Below, one piece after another: positions 28,099-38,937 of a stretch of DNA of 64,000 bases. The notes beneath the pieces were generated by a model that was not told the DNA's origin, made no database searches, and saw nothing but the letters and a program-made list of their open reading frames with translations. The position numbers and the translations under genes were made by a program. Location: NCBI GenBank assembly GCA_963691875.1, contig OY829846.1, positions 608,001 through 672,000 of the forward strand, read 5' to 3'. This DNA is from Aureliella sp. (GTDB lineage Bacteria; Planctomycetota; Planctomycetia; Pirellulales; Pirellulaceae). Numbering within the stretch: the stretch's first letter is position 1; each line of letters begins with the position of its first letter.

Positions 28099-29898
28099 GT
28101 GAAAAAAACCATTCTTTGCATCTGTCTTATGCTCTCCCTCTCATTCGCTTCTGCTAAAGCAGCGGAGCCGAACCTGGTTTCGCGAGCAATGTATCGCGGA
28201 CCAGTGGATTTATATTTATCTGAGGATGAAAGCTGGGCTGTAACGGTCAACGAAATCAGTGGAACGGTTTCTCTGACGGACTTGTCGACAGCATCTGTGC
28301 TGGACGAAGCTGAAGTAGGCAACAAGCCCGGTGGGCTGTGCCATTGCTCAAGCAACGAGTTTCTCGTCAGCAGTCGATTTACCGGGGAGGTGCATCGTTT
28401 CAAAGTTCGCGATGGCCGATTGGAGCAATTGGCGAAGATCGTAGTAGGTTTTGAACCACTTGGGATCGCATGCCATGAAGACGTTGCTTATGTCGGACTG
28501 CAAGCCACAGGCGAGATAGCTGTTCTTGATTTGAAAAAGAATGTACTGTCACACCGTTTCGCCGTGGGCAAGTGGCCTCGTTACTTGACGATCTCCGAAG
28601 ACGGGCAGCGACTGGCTGTTGGACTAAGTGGCCAAAGTGAAATCTGTGTCGTGAGTACTGAGACCGAGGAAGTCCTTTACGAGGAGCCTTTAAGCGGTGG
28701 GATTAACATCGGGCACCTTGAAATCTCGAATGATGGGAAGCAGGTTTACTTTCCTTGGATGGTCTACCGAACGAATCCAATAAATGTTCGCAACATTCAG
28801 CTTGGCTGGGTGTTGGCTAGTCGAATTGCACGTATTCGCATGGACGGACCGCAGTATCGCGAAGCCATATCCTTGGATGTGCCGAGGATGGCGGTCGCCG
28901 ACCCATTTGGTATCGCGAAAACTCCCAATGAGCATCGCTTGGCCGTCACATCGTCGGGAACTCACGAGTTACTCGTCTATCGATTAAGAGATTTGCCATT
29001 CATCGGGACCGGTGGCCCAGGTGACTTGATAGATCGTCGATTGATGCAAGATCCCGATTTGTTCTATCGCATCGAATTGACAGGTCGGCCGATGGGCATG
29101 CAGGCGGCGAGCGATAATGAAACGGTATATATTGCCAATCATCTGCTCGATGCCATTCAGGTTGTGAATCTTGAGTCCCGAGAGGTGGTGCGTGAAATCC
29201 CCCTTGGGCGACAGCCGAAAGAAGCGAAAGAGAAGATGTTGCACCGAGGCATGGAGATCTTCTATGACGCCGAGCGAAGTCTGGACCAGTGGTATAGTTG
29301 TCATTCGTGTCATCAGGACGGTGGCAGCAATGCTAAGGCGATGGATACTTGGAATGACGGAACAGCACGCACGACCAAGACCGTCTTGCCGCTAGCTGGC
29401 GTCGAACATACCGCGCCTTGGACCTGGCATGGTTGGCAAAGGGACCTGAACGATTCGCTACAGAAATCCTTCGTTTCTACAATGCAAGGAAAAGAAGCGA
29501 GTAAGGAAGACCTACAGGCTTTGCGGGTTTATCTCGGAAGCCTCGAGACGCCTCCGAATCCTTTTAAGGAGAATCAGAAAGACGCAGACTCAGTGCGTCG
29601 CGGCAAGGAATTGTTCACGAGCAGCTCAGTCGGGTGCAGCGACTGTCATTCAGGCGCTCTTTTTACCGACGGGCTCAAGCATGATGTTGGGATGATTCGC
29701 GACTCTGACAAGTACGATGGTTATAACACCCCGAGCCTTGTTGGCGTTTATCGTAAGGCTCGCTGGCTACACGATGGTCGCGCGAAGACATTAGCCAAGG
29801 TCTTCGAGAAGTGGCATCGACCAGACGAGATTGGCGGCGGAGCTGAGCTCACGGAGCAGCAGATCGCAGATTTAGTTGCCTATTTAAAAACCCTCTGA
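28099..29898 (+). CDS. Secreted beta-propeller + di-heme cytochrome c (peroxidase/MauG-like) protein
   Basis: Signal peptide, YVTN-like blades, CHSCH and CSDCH, and TPSLVGV..WLHDGRA. Confidence 0.8.
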   Translation: MKKTILCICLMLSLSFASAKAAEPNLVSRAMYRGPVDLYLSEDESWAVTVNEISGTVSLTDLSTASVLDEAEVGNKPGGLCHCSSNEFLVSSRFTGEVHRFKVRDGRLEQLAKIVVGFEPLGIACHEDVAYVGLQATGEIAVLDLKKNVLSHRFAVGKWPRYLTISEDGQRLAVGLSGQSEICVVSTETEEVLYEEPLSGGINIGHLEISNDGKQVYFPWMVYRTNPINVRNIQLGWVLASRIARIRMDGPQYREAISLDVPRMAVADPFGIAKTPNEHRLAVTSSGTHELLVYRLRDLPFIGTGGPGDLIDRRLMQDPDLFYRIELTGRPMGMQAASDNETVYIANHLLDAIQVVNLESREVVREIPLGRQPKEAKEKMLHRGMEIFYDAERSLDQWYSCHSCHQDGGSNAKAMDTWNDGTARTTKTVLPLAGVEHTAPWTWHGWQRDLNDSLQKSFVSTMQGKEASKEDLQALRVYLGSLETPPNPFKENQKDADSVRRGKELFTSSSVGCSDCHSGALFTDGLKHDVGMIRDSDKYDGYNTPSLVGVYRKARWLHDGRAKTLAKVFEKWHRPDEIGGGAELTEQQIADLVAYLKTL

Positions 29899-29922
29899 TT
29901 GCAGCTCAGGGGGGGAGCACCA

Positions 29923-31134
29923 CTATTCGGGAAACTCGTGGCCCATTTTCTCGCGTTTTGCGTTCAAGTAAGCCTCGTTATGAGGATTTGGTTCACAGAT
30001 GATTGGCACTTGATCGATAACCTTGAGATCGAATCCGCGCAGGTTGAAAGCCCGCGTCTTCTTTGGGTTGTTGGTAAGCAACCGAATCTCTTTCAGTCCA
30101 AGATCTTTTAATATCTGAATGCCGATTCCGTAGTCGCGCATGTCCGCCTTGAAACCAAGTGCGTGATTTGCCTCGACGGTGTCCATCCCTTCTTCTTGCA
30201 GTGCATACGCTCGAATCTTTTGAGCTAGCCCAATTCCGCGGCCTTCCTGCGGCAAATAGACCAGCACTCCACGTTGTTCATTCGCAATCATCTTGAGAGC
30301 CATGGTGAGTTGATCACCACAGTCGCATCGCAATGATTGAATCAAGTCTCCCGTGAAGCAGCTGCTGTGCATACGAACCAAGGGTGCCTGCCCTTGATCG
30401 TTTTGCAGATCTCCCATGTAAATCGCAATGGGTTCTTGCGTTTCGTATTGCACATCGAAGACGGTGATCTTGAATTCGCCAAATCGAGTCGGCAACTGCG
30501 CTTCGGCACTTCGGCTAACCAGTTTTTCGCTGGTTCGCCGATGCGAGATGAGCTGTTCGATCGTGATGATTTCAAGGTCGTATTCTTCAGCGATCTGGAG
30601 TAGCTGATCCCGCGTGGCACGATCGCCTGATTCGTCCAAAATTTCGGTGAGAACGCCAGCCGGTGCCAGTCCCGCCATACGCGGTAGATCGACGGCGGCT
30701 TCGGTGTGACCAGCTCGGCGAAGCACTCCACCTTCTTTCGCAACCAGAGGATAGACGTGTCCAGGTCGAACAAAATGCTCAGATGTGGTCTCAGCTGAGG
30801 CCAACCGCCGAATTGTTTCAGCTCTCTCGGCCGCAGTAATCCCAGTCTTGCTGCCGTTGTAGTCTACGGGCGTTCGAAAGGCGGTTTGCAGTGGCGCGTT
30901 ATTGTTTTCTACGAGCGGTCGGAGCTCCAGTCGCTCGCAGGCTTCAGGCAGAACTGGGCAACAAAGCTGGCCGCGGCCCGAAAGCATGAAATTGATCGTT
31001 TCAGCAGTCACCAATTCTGCAGAGCAAATGAAGTCACCTTCATTCTCGCGATCCTCCGCGTCAAGCACGATAACAACTTCACCCCGGCGGATGGATTCTA
31101 CAGCTGCTTGAACGCTACTAAATTGCTTGGTCAT
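29923..31134 (-). CDS. ribBA: Bifunctional DHBP synthase / GTP cyclohydrolase II
   Basis: DRENEGD, RAGHTEAAVD, RMHSSCFTGD..RCDC, QEGRGIG and LLTNNPKK motifs. Confidence 0.95.
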   Translation of the reverse strand: MTKQFSSVQAAVESIRRGEVVIVLDAEDRENEGDFICSAELVTAETINFMLSGRGQLCCPVLPEACERLELRPLVENNNAPLQTAFRTPVDYNGSKTGITAAERAETIRRLASAETTSEHFVRPGHVYPLVAKEGGVLRRAGHTEAAVDLPRMAGLAPAGVLTEILDESGDRATRDQLLQIAEEYDLEIITIEQLISHRRTSEKLVSRSAEAQLPTRFGEFKITVFDVQYETQEPIAIYMGDLQNDQGQAPLVRMHSSCFTGDLIQSLRCDCGDQLTMALKMIANEQRGVLVYLPQEGRGIGLAQKIRAYALQEEGMDTVEANHALGFKADMRDYGIGIQILKDLGLKEIRLLTNNPKKTRAFNLRGFDLKVIDQVPIICEPNPHNEAYLNAKREKMGHEFPE

Positions 31135-31535
31135 GTTCTTGGAAAGGTAAAGATTTGTCTGGAAAAACGCAGGGCCCATCATCGTCTCAAGTTTGCTCAT
31201 TTGAGCCAGTCGAGATAGCGTCTCGCCGAACTAAGAAGAATCTATCCCGCAGAGCGCGGTCGGCTCACAAACTGAAAATCTGATCGACCGTCTTACATAC
31301 GCTGGCTGGTAGGGAACTGATTGATTGCATCCTATTATAGAGAAACAGTCTATGCCGTCGTTCCCTAATTTCGTCGTTGGTTGCAGTCGAAATGTCGCTT
31401 TAAGATCGATTGGCAGTCGGGCCGATGTCCCGACCACCGTTAAAATGTGGCTAGATCCACAGATGGTAAAATCTCCAGTAGCGAATATCATTTTTGGGGT
31501 AACCTTACCACTCGTCTAAAAAAGGGATTTGATCA

Positions 31536-32489
31536 ATGGAGCCCGTAAAGCCGCGATTGCTGTCAACAATCCGAAAATGTCTATTGGCTCGAGTTGACAC
31601 TAAGACACTTAGGATGCTCATTATTTCTTCTGCTTTCATCGCCTCAATAGCAGTAAGCCCGATTGCTAAAGCGCAAGATGTATTAAAGGCTGAGGCAACA
31701 GCTGCGAATCGCACAGGATCCAAAGGTCGCATCACGACGAAGTGGAACATGGTGTACCGTGAGGTGGACGGCAAGACAGTTAAGGCGGACGTCTACTTTC
31801 CGAAAGGAAACGGGCCGTTTCCGATCGTTGTTATGGTACACGGTGGCGCTTGGGCGCTAGGCGACAAGCTTGACTTAATCATGCATGGCCGCGAGTTAGC
31901 GAACGCCGGATTTGTGGCAATCAGTGTCAATTATCGCCTGGCGCCGAAGCACAATATCCAGGATCAGCTGGAAGATTGCCGTGCTGCCGTGAAGTGGGCG
32001 CTGGCCAATGCAGGGGATTGGAAAGGCGACAAGAGCCGTGTCGCGCTATGGGGATATTCCGCTGGCGGACACTTAGTGAGTCTGCTCGCACTCGACCGAC
32101 AAGAGGGAGATCCAGTCTACAAAGCTGTAGCCGCTGGAGGAGCGCCTTGCGAGTTCAGTTTTATTCCAAGCAACGCTCGCACGCTGGCTTACGTGTTCGG
32201 TGGCACGCGAGAGGAAGTGCCAGAGCAGTACAAGAAGTATTCCCCTGTTGAGTACGCAAAAGCCGGATCGCCGCCCTTTCTGTTTTTCCACGGTGACAAA
32301 GACTTGATTGTCCCTCACGCTAGCAGCAAGGCATTGCACGAAAAGCTGCTGAGCGTAAAGGTGGAGACAACGTATTACACTGCGCAGAACAAGGGGCACC
32401 TTATGACTTTTCTCGATAAGAATTCGAGAAAAGAAGTAGTGGAATTCCTTTCAGCCAAACTGTTGGATCCTGATCATGCTGCCCCGTGA
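31536..32489 (+). CDS. Secreted alpha/beta hydrolase (HSL-like esterase)
   Basis: HGGAW, GYSAGG and HGDKD motifs, plus a C-terminal GH. The start may be later. Confidence 0.88.
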   Translation: MEPVKPRLLSTIRKCLLARVDTKTLRMLIISSAFIASIAVSPIAKAQDVLKAEATAANRTGSKGRITTKWNMVYREVDGKTVKADVYFPKGNGPFPIVVMVHGGAWALGDKLDLIMHGRELANAGFVAISVNYRLAPKHNIQDQLEDCRAAVKWALANAGDWKGDKSRVALWGYSAGGHLVSLLALDRQEGDPVYKAVAAGGAPCEFSFIPSNARTLAYVFGGTREEVPEQYKKYSPVEYAKAGSPPFLFFHGDKDLIVPHASSKALHEKLLSVKVETTYYTAQNKGHLMTFLDKNSRKEVVEFLSAKLLDPDHAAP

Positions 32490-33330
32490 AGAATATGTCG
32501 AACAAGCTTACTTCTTCAAGATCCTACTAGAGCGACTTGGACAGAATCTACCGCTACAGGAACTTCTGGAACAATCTAAGTACGAGTTGCTCGCATCGAC
32601 CAAACTACCGCTTGCGATTGACTTGATGCTTGGTGAGCTGAAGCATCGGGGCCTGATGAGCTCTGGTATGAAGATGCTCGGGCACTATTTCATGCCTTTC
32701 CAGACGTACCTGATGGCTGAAGCCGAAATGGATGTGGGAAAGTTTGACTACCGAACCGCACTTCGCATCCTTGGCGCCGAATGTAACTACCGTGCGTCCG
32801 AATCGTTGAATCGCCAAGGGCTGTTCTTCTTCCAGTTCGAAGCGATTTCGAGGAATCGCCTCAACTACGACCGCGGATTAGAGGCAATCGGTCGGGACGA
32901 AAACTACTCTGACGATTGGAAAGAATGGATTGTTATAGTCAGACGACAGCTTGGGATCATCGATCTCGCGGACATGATCTACTTGCGGAGTGAGTACTAC
33001 CAGGAGAAACAAGCTAGATTTGGCGAACCGGAGCTTGAGGCTCCACTGCTGTTCGGCGTTGCAGAGGGCAAGATCGCCCATGCTAATCGCCGCAAGGATC
33101 CGCTGTATCTGTTCTCAGCGATGCAGCGTCACCTGGGATACCCGTCTGTACCTCGTTTGAATCCACCGGATCCACTCCCTGAGTTGGTGCCATTGCTTCA
33201 GAGACGCATCGAACGATTGGAATCCCGCCTGAAATTAATGGAAGAGGAGAATCAGGGCGGCATCGATCTCGCGAAGTTTTATGAAAAAGGTACGATTCCC
33301 AGGCCGAATGATGAACTTTTCGGCTCGTAA
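32476..33330 (+). CDS. Conserved hypothetical protein
   Basis: 284-aa ORF that overlaps the upstream gene and has a C-terminal coiled coil. Confidence 0.75.
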   Translation: MLPREEYVEQAYFFKILLERLGQNLPLQELLEQSKYELLASTKLPLAIDLMLGELKHRGLMSSGMKMLGHYFMPFQTYLMAEAEMDVGKFDYRTALRILGAECNYRASESLNRQGLFFFQFEAISRNRLNYDRGLEAIGRDENYSDDWKEWIVIVRRQLGIIDLADMIYLRSEYYQEKQARFGEPELEAPLLFGVAEGKIAHANRRKDPLYLFSAMQRHLGYPSVPRLNPPDPLPELVPLLQRRIERLESRLKLMEEENQGGIDLAKFYEKGTIPRPNDELFGS

Positions 33331-33462
33331 ACGCCAGGAGATTGTCCGGGCTGGCAAGTCGGGATCGTAGATTGGCGCACTCTCTCAATCAGAAGTATCT
33401 AATCTCGGCTGATGCGGCTATACTCTGGACTCTCTCCTCATTCCCTTTCCAATCGAAGTTCA

Positions 33463-34269
33463 ATGCTCAAGAAGGACAAAGAAGCGCGTAAACTACTCCT
33501 CAATGCAGAGCAGCGTGACAAGATGCGTGCTGCGGGCAGGTTTAACGCTCAGTTGCTCGACGAGGTTCGCAAACTCGTAGAACCGGGTGTTACGACAGAC
33601 TCATTGGACAAGTTCATCCACCAATTCACGCTAGATCACGGTCACACGCCAGCAACGCTAGGCTATCTAAGCTACCCAAAGAGTTGCTGCACGAGCATCA
33701 ATGATGTCATTTGTCATGGAATTCCGAGTGACGAAGAGCTCCGTGAAGGCGATATAGTCAACGTCGACTTGACCAGCATCGTGGACGGTTGGCATGGTGA
33801 TCAGTCGGAAACGTTTTTGATTGGAGAGGTAAGCGAGGAAGCCAAGGCAGTAACCCAGGCTGCATTTGACTGCCTTTATTTGGCAATAGATGCATTGGAG
33901 CCGGGCTGCACGGTTAGCGTTATTGGTGATGCCATTGTTGCTGAGGCACATCAGCGTGGCTTTTCCGTAGTGCGTGAGTATGTTGGTCATGGACTTGGGC
34001 AGTCTTTTCATCAGCCCCCCAACATTCCACACTTCCCAGACCGGAAATCAAAGCAGCAGCGTCTGATGCCGGGAATGTGTTTTACGGTTGAACCTATGAT
34101 TAATGGAGGCACTCGTTTCACTAGGCTCGACAAAAGTGATGGCTGGACTGTGCGAACACGCGACAAGCATCCCTCCGCCCAGTTCGAGCATTCCATACTG
34201 ATGACCGAGGAAGGCCCCGAGATCCTCACGCAAACTCAGGACGGCCCCAAGCCAGGCCACCAGTTTTAG
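33463..34269 (+). CDS. map: Type I methionine aminopeptidase
   Basis: [33 protein letters not shown] and SAQFEHS motifs. Confidence 0.96.
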   Translation: MLKKDKEARKLLLNAEQRDKMRAAGRFNAQLLDEVRKLVEPGVTTDSLDKFIHQFTLDHGHTPATLGYLSYPKSCCTSINDVICHGIPSDEELREGDIVNVDLTSIVDGWHGDQSETFLIGEVSEEAKAVTQAAFDCLYLAIDALEPGCTVSVIGDAIVAEAHQRGFSVVREYVGHGLGQSFHQPPNIPHFPDRKSKQQRLMPGMCFTVEPMINGGTRFTRLDKSDGWTVRTRDKHPSAQFEHSILMTEEGPEILTQTQDGPKPGHQF

Positions 34270-34383
34270 CTTCTGAAGTTGACGCTGATTATCACGATAC
34301 TACAAGGCGCTGCACCTTGGCTTCTGAGGCGATTTTCTATCGGCCGATGATAGCGCTATCAAGCAACTTTTTGTGTAGAACTT

Positions 34384-34591
34384 CCTATGGTGCGTAGCTG
34401 TCTAGGCAACCGGCATTGCCTGGCAACGGGGTCGCATGGATTCCAAGAATGCCTGCTTCCCCGACGAAACACGTCGGGGAAGCAGTTGCTCGTGGTGTGG
34501 GCGGAGTCCAGGGGACAGGGTCTAAAACGTCTTGGCCATGCAACTCTCCAGTCTACCTGTGAGCATCACTTCAGACCATCTTAAGCGTAGG
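34384..34591 (+). ncRNA. Candidate 6S RNA-like structured RNA
   Basis: About 208 nt, intergenic. The ends CCTATG/CGTAGG pair, GGGTCGCATGG..CCAAGA pairs with TCTTGG-CCATGCAACTC, and there is a perfect 14-bp hairpin at 34453-34485. TGTGTAGAAC lies just upstream. Confidence 0.45.
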
Positions 34592-34889
34592 CTCACTGAT
34601 TTACGGCGAAGTCTTGCTGGGGAGAAACCTACCCGATTCTGCCAGAATAACTTTCCCGCAGCTCGACGGAGCGACGCATCCGTCAAAGTGAACGAGCTTT
34701 GTTTTCGATGAGCCGAGATAACACGGTCGCGGCGGTTCAACTTTTGGGCCAATTGAAGACTCGGAAGCAATGATTGGCCCTGCCCTACGAACGAATCCGA
34801 AGCCTGACTATGAATAGAGTGTTACAATATGCGCTCACAATCTGCAAATGACTGCAGAATTTGAGGTTATTTAATCCTTGGAGTGAACA

Positions 34890-35924
34890 ATGTCAGATTC
34901 TGGAGTCCGGCGTAAGTTCTTACAAAACTCTGCGTTGTTGGGTGGCGCTGCAGTTGCATTTGAAAAGCAAGTCAATGCATTAGCATCTTCGAAGCAGGTT
35001 CATGACCGATTGCCCCGCGAAGTTTGGATTGGCACCGTTTCGATGGCGAAGATGCGTGAAGAAACGAGCGAGGCCATGTCGCGGCGTTTGCTGAACGCTT
35101 TGAAAGAAATGGCAACATTCAAGCCAGACATTGTATGCCTGTCCGAGACATTTAGTGTGGCCAATGTAAATTCGCCAAGGCCTCTGGAGGAGCGAGCCCC
35201 GAAATGGTGGTCCGAGGTTTTAGGCCCCTTTTCGGATTTTGCGGCTCAGCATAACTGCTACTTGGTATGTCCGGTTCACACTGAGGAGAATGGCAAATGG
35301 TACAACTCTGCGGTCATCATTGATCGCGACGGTAATTGTCAGGGTCGATATCACAAGATTCACACGACAACGGGAGAGATTGAAAAAGGGCTGACCGCGG
35401 GACCACTCGAACCGCCTGTCTTTCAGACCGACTTTGGCAAAATCGGGGCCCAGATTTGCTTCGATATCGAATGGCGTGATGGTTGGACCAAGCTGGCCGA
35501 GAAGGGAGCTGAGATCGTCTTTTGGCCCTCGGCATTTGGGGGTGGAAAGATGGTCAATACGATGGCTTGGCAGCACCAGTATTCTGTCGTCTCGAGTACG
35601 CGGAAGAGCCCGAGCAAGATCTGCGACTTGGATGGCACGGAACTAGCTACCACAAGCCACTGGAATGACTGGGCCTGTGCGGCGATCAACTTGGAGAAGG
35701 CTTTCTTACATACTTGGCCGTTCGTCAGACATTTCGACGAGATTCAGGCTAAGTATGGCCGGAAAGTTAAAATCACGAATCACGCGGATGAGGAATGGTC
35801 GGTACTTGAGAGTAGGTCTCCAGATGTGCGAGTAGCTGACATTCTCAAGGAGTTTGATATGAAGACACTGCGTGAGCATTTAGTCGATGCAGAGTTAGCA
35901 CAATGTGCTTGCCGTGAAGCTTAG
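34890..35924 (+). CDS. Carbon-nitrogen hydrolase (nitrilase superfamily), Tat-exported
   Basis: RRKFL signal. E-K-C triad in LSETF, YHKIH and QICFD. Confidence 0.9.
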   Translation: MSDSGVRRKFLQNSALLGGAAVAFEKQVNALASSKQVHDRLPREVWIGTVSMAKMREETSEAMSRRLLNALKEMATFKPDIVCLSETFSVANVNSPRPLEERAPKWWSEVLGPFSDFAAQHNCYLVCPVHTEENGKWYNSAVIIDRDGNCQGRYHKIHTTTGEIEKGLTAGPLEPPVFQTDFGKIGAQICFDIEWRDGWTKLAEKGAEIVFWPSAFGGGKMVNTMAWQHQYSVVSSTRKSPSKICDLDGTELATTSHWNDWACAAINLEKAFLHTWPFVRHFDEIQAKYGRKVKITNHADEEWSVLESRSPDVRVADILKEFDMKTLREHLVDAELAQCACREA

Positions 35925-36211
35925 TTTCCGTCTGAGCAAAGGCAGCCTGCAGTTGGCTTGCAAAAGAAGCCAACTGCGGTGGAACGGCCTTCTTGCGGTG
36001 ACCAGAAAGTCGCCGTCCATGCTACCTGAGGAAACTCGGACCTAAGATTTCATCGATTTCTGTCGGTTCAAGAGTTTCTTGGAATTCCTGACACATTGGA
36101 ATGGAAAACCAGAGCACCGATTTGTGCACGCAATGGTATCCGCGGGATGTGCCACTAAAGTCCGCAGCATTTTCTTTGACTTTCGGACTCCCCATAAGAT
36201 TGCAGCCCAAT

Positions 36212-36241
36212 AAAAAACGGCTGGAAAGCGAATTCCAGCCG
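36212..36241 (-). terminator. Intrinsic terminator downstream of the SulP gene
   Basis: 9-bp stem CGGCTGGAA/TTCCAGCCG followed by T6 on the minus strand. Confidence 0.7.
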
Positions 36242-36302
36242 CTTATCTGTTTCTAGGGCTTCTCAACCAGCGGGCATCTCGTCGAAAAACGGCCGATAGA
36301 AG

Positions 36303-37976
36303 CTAGCTTCCTTGCGTCTGCGTCCCGGACGCCTTAGAGCCTGCCGCTGGAACTGTCGAGAATCGACCTTGCAGCAATTCCCAGTCCAGAACCAACGTGC
36401 CGCCAAAGTTTGCGTGTTGCTTCGCCCAGTTCATGATCAAGTCCAAGCATGCGTGGTCTATGTATCGCAATTCGTCGAAATCGACGTGCAACACGGCACC
36501 ATCTGGAACCTTTTCAAGCTCACCGGCCAGGGAGGGCAGATTGATAAATGTCGCGGCGCCATAAAGATCAAGGTTTGCTGTACTTTTGTCTTCACTGATC
36601 TTCAGTTCCATCCGTAGATCAGAAAACTTCAGCAGCAGCTTGATCGCCGACAGGCCGATTCCAACTACGACGCCGATCAGCAAATCCGTGCAAATAATCG
36701 TCAGCACAGTGGCCACGAAGATGAATAGCTCACCACGACTGGTTTTCCATAGGGCCCGAATGTCCTTCAAGTTGAGCAGTTTATAGCCTGTGTAGACAAG
36801 CAACGCTCCCAAAGCTGCCTTGGGGATCGCATGCAAAACGGTCGGAATGGCTGCACAAAAGATCAACAACCATGCGCCGTGCATGATGGTCGAATACCGA
36901 GTCTTTGCACCTGAGTTGACGTTGGCACTACTCCTAACGATTACACCAGTCATTGGCAAAGCACCCAAGAACCCGCAGATCGAGTTTCCGATTCCTTGTG
37001 CCATCAACTCTTGGTCGTACTTCGTTCGCGGTCCCGTGTGCATTTGGTCGACCGCTGTTGCGCACAGCAGCGTTTCTGCACTGGCGACCAGAGCGATAAC
37101 AAAGGCACCAGTCAGGACAGAAGAGTCAAGGACGAATCCGAGCCACATAGAGCTTGGGAAGCTCACTTCTTCCCACATGTTTGCCGGAACAGAGTCCTCA
37201 AGCGTGATCACTTCCCAACCGATGATCGCCACGAAAGCGGTTGCAACAATAATCCCAACCAATGCCGCTGGGATGAACTTCATTATCTTCTTGGGGGCGA
37301 CAAGCGGCCAAATGATTAAACATGCGAGAGCGACGACACCCGTTATCGCTGCGTGATCATGCTTCAAGTCTGGAGAGAAAACCGCTTGAATTGCCGCAGG
37401 TATCGTCGCCAGGTACTCCAAGCCACCGTGTGCCTTCTTGCCATGCCACATAGCCGTATGGTCGAGCATGGTATGAAACTGGCTGAGCAAAATCAGAGCA
37501 CCAATCCCAGCTAGCATGCCTTTGATCACGGCAGGCGATACAGCTCGAAACCATTGTCCAAGCCTAAGTTGTCCTGCCGCAATTTGAATAATCCCGGCGA
37601 GCAAGACGCAGCAACCGAGCACCTGAAGTGAATAGTAGTCAGCCGCCTCTGCAAGCTTGGCACCCTCAAGACCGTGTTCGGACGCGAGGAACTTCTCTTT
37701 CGATTTACCCAGCAGATCGGCAATGATCACGAACAAGCCGGCAGCAGGTCCGCTCACTTGAAGTGGCGAGCCCGAGAAGATGCCGACGATGAGACCACCC
37801 ACAATACCGGTAATTAATGCTCGTGCAGGACTAACGCCAACTGCTACTGCGATGCCAATACAAAGCGGCAGAGCGACAAGGAAAACGACCACGGACGAGG
37901 TGAAGTCTGCTCTCCAGTTACCGAGCTGATCGTTTTCAGTATCTTGTGAGCTATCGGGGGATGGTGCGGTGTTCAT
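36303..37976 (-). CDS. SulP-family inorganic anion transporter
   Basis: VVFLVALPLCIGIA, QVSGPAAGL and PMTGVIVRSSAN motifs, plus a STAS-like C-terminus. Confidence 0.93.
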   Translation of the reverse strand: MNTAPSPDSSQDTENDQLGNWRADFTSSVVVFLVALPLCIGIAVAVGVSPARALITGIVGGLIVGIFSGSPLQVSGPAAGLFVIIADLLGKSKEKFLASEHGLEGAKLAEAADYYSLQVLGCCVLLAGIIQIAAGQLRLGQWFRAVSPAVIKGMLAGIGALILLSQFHTMLDHTAMWHGKKAHGGLEYLATIPAAIQAVFSPDLKHDHAAITGVVALACLIIWPLVAPKKIMKFIPAALVGIIVATAFVAIIGWEVITLEDSVPANMWEEVSFPSSMWLGFVLDSSVLTGAFVIALVASAETLLCATAVDQMHTGPRTKYDQELMAQGIGNSICGFLGALPMTGVIVRSSANVNSGAKTRYSTIMHGAWLLIFCAAIPTVLHAIPKAALGALLVYTGYKLLNLKDIRALWKTSRGELFIFVATVLTIICTDLLIGVVVGIGLSAIKLLLKFSDLRMELKISEDKSTANLDLYGAATFINLPSLAGELEKVPDGAVLHVDFDELRYIDHACLDLIMNWAKQHANFGGTLVLDWELLQGRFSTVPAAGSKASGTQTQGS

Positions 37977-38077
37977 ATTTGGTCCGAGTACGAAATTCGA
38001 TTCGCGGTCGCGAATCAGGAGGCGACAGAGAAAGATATATTTGAGGCAAATTCCGCGTTAGCGCAGCAATAACCAGT

Positions 38078-38464
38078 TCAAATCGTTAAAGGTCTGCCCA
38101 GACCTTTGAAGTTGCCTTGTTCGGACCGAGACCGCCAGCTCAGCGCCGACGTAAATTGTGCTCCATGGCCCTTACCTGGAAGCGACCGCACCAGATTACA
38201 CCGGCGAATAATACGCGACTCAACGGACTCTTGCGTGAGGACCTCTCCTTCCACTTCGACGGTCTTCTCCGACTCGGTAGCGTCCTTAGCCTCAGTCGTG
38301 GAAAAGCAGAACAGGCCTAAAACTGCAACTAGTGAGAAGCTGGCAGCTATCGCGTTGAACCGAACTGAGTGCCTGCCAAATTGCATGTGGAGAGACGGTA
38401 GAAAAAGAGTAATGCCTTCTAAGTTCCGGGGAAACCACCTATCACATTTCCCCCTTAAAACCAT
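38078..38464 (-). CDS. Small exported or membrane hypothetical protein
   Basis: Hydrophobic helix followed by an acidic stretch, upstream of SulP. The start is probably internal. Confidence 0.45.
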   Translation of the reverse strand: MVLRGKCDRWFPRNLEGITLFLPSLHMQFGRHSVRFNAIAASFSLVAVLGLFCFSTTEAKDATESEKTVEVEGEVLTQESVESRIIRRCNLVRSLPGKGHGAQFTSALSWRSRSEQGNFKGLGRPLTI

Positions 38465-38937
38465 GACTCATACACTTTAGCTGACTATCAACGCCACGCC
38501 AATTGAGGGTGTAAAAATGCGTAGCGCGTGAAGAATGCTATTAGTACTAGGTGGCTTGTCCAATTCCCTTGCATGCTCACCCAGAATTCACCCGCCCCAA
38601 AGCTATCAAAGGCAACCTCACGAAAGGGACACACCTACCGGAGGTGAAATCTCGCTTAAGCCAGCTTGTTAAGCTTAATAACCTGAACATAGAGCGCGGA
38701 GGGGAATACCAAGTTCTTCGAACCAGGCGAGGCGACGAAAATTCGAGGGGCTTTGACCGTGGAAAGCGATTGGTTGGTTACTGGCGTTACCTTCCGTTTG
38801 TCAGTTCCACTAGCCACTAGCAATGCCGCTAGCGAAGCGGATTCGACAGAAGCACTTTCGAGTTCCTCCTAGCGATCCTCCCCAAGGTGACATTTTGCTG
38901 GGAGATTTGCATTGGGAGAAAGATTTAATGCATCGCA

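Noticed and set aside
35949..35977. 11-bp hairpin after the carbon-nitrogen hydrolase gene as a dispersed repeat
   Set aside because: I saw no second copy. It is most simply a 3' stabilising or terminating hairpin, but it lacks a U-tract, so it was not called.
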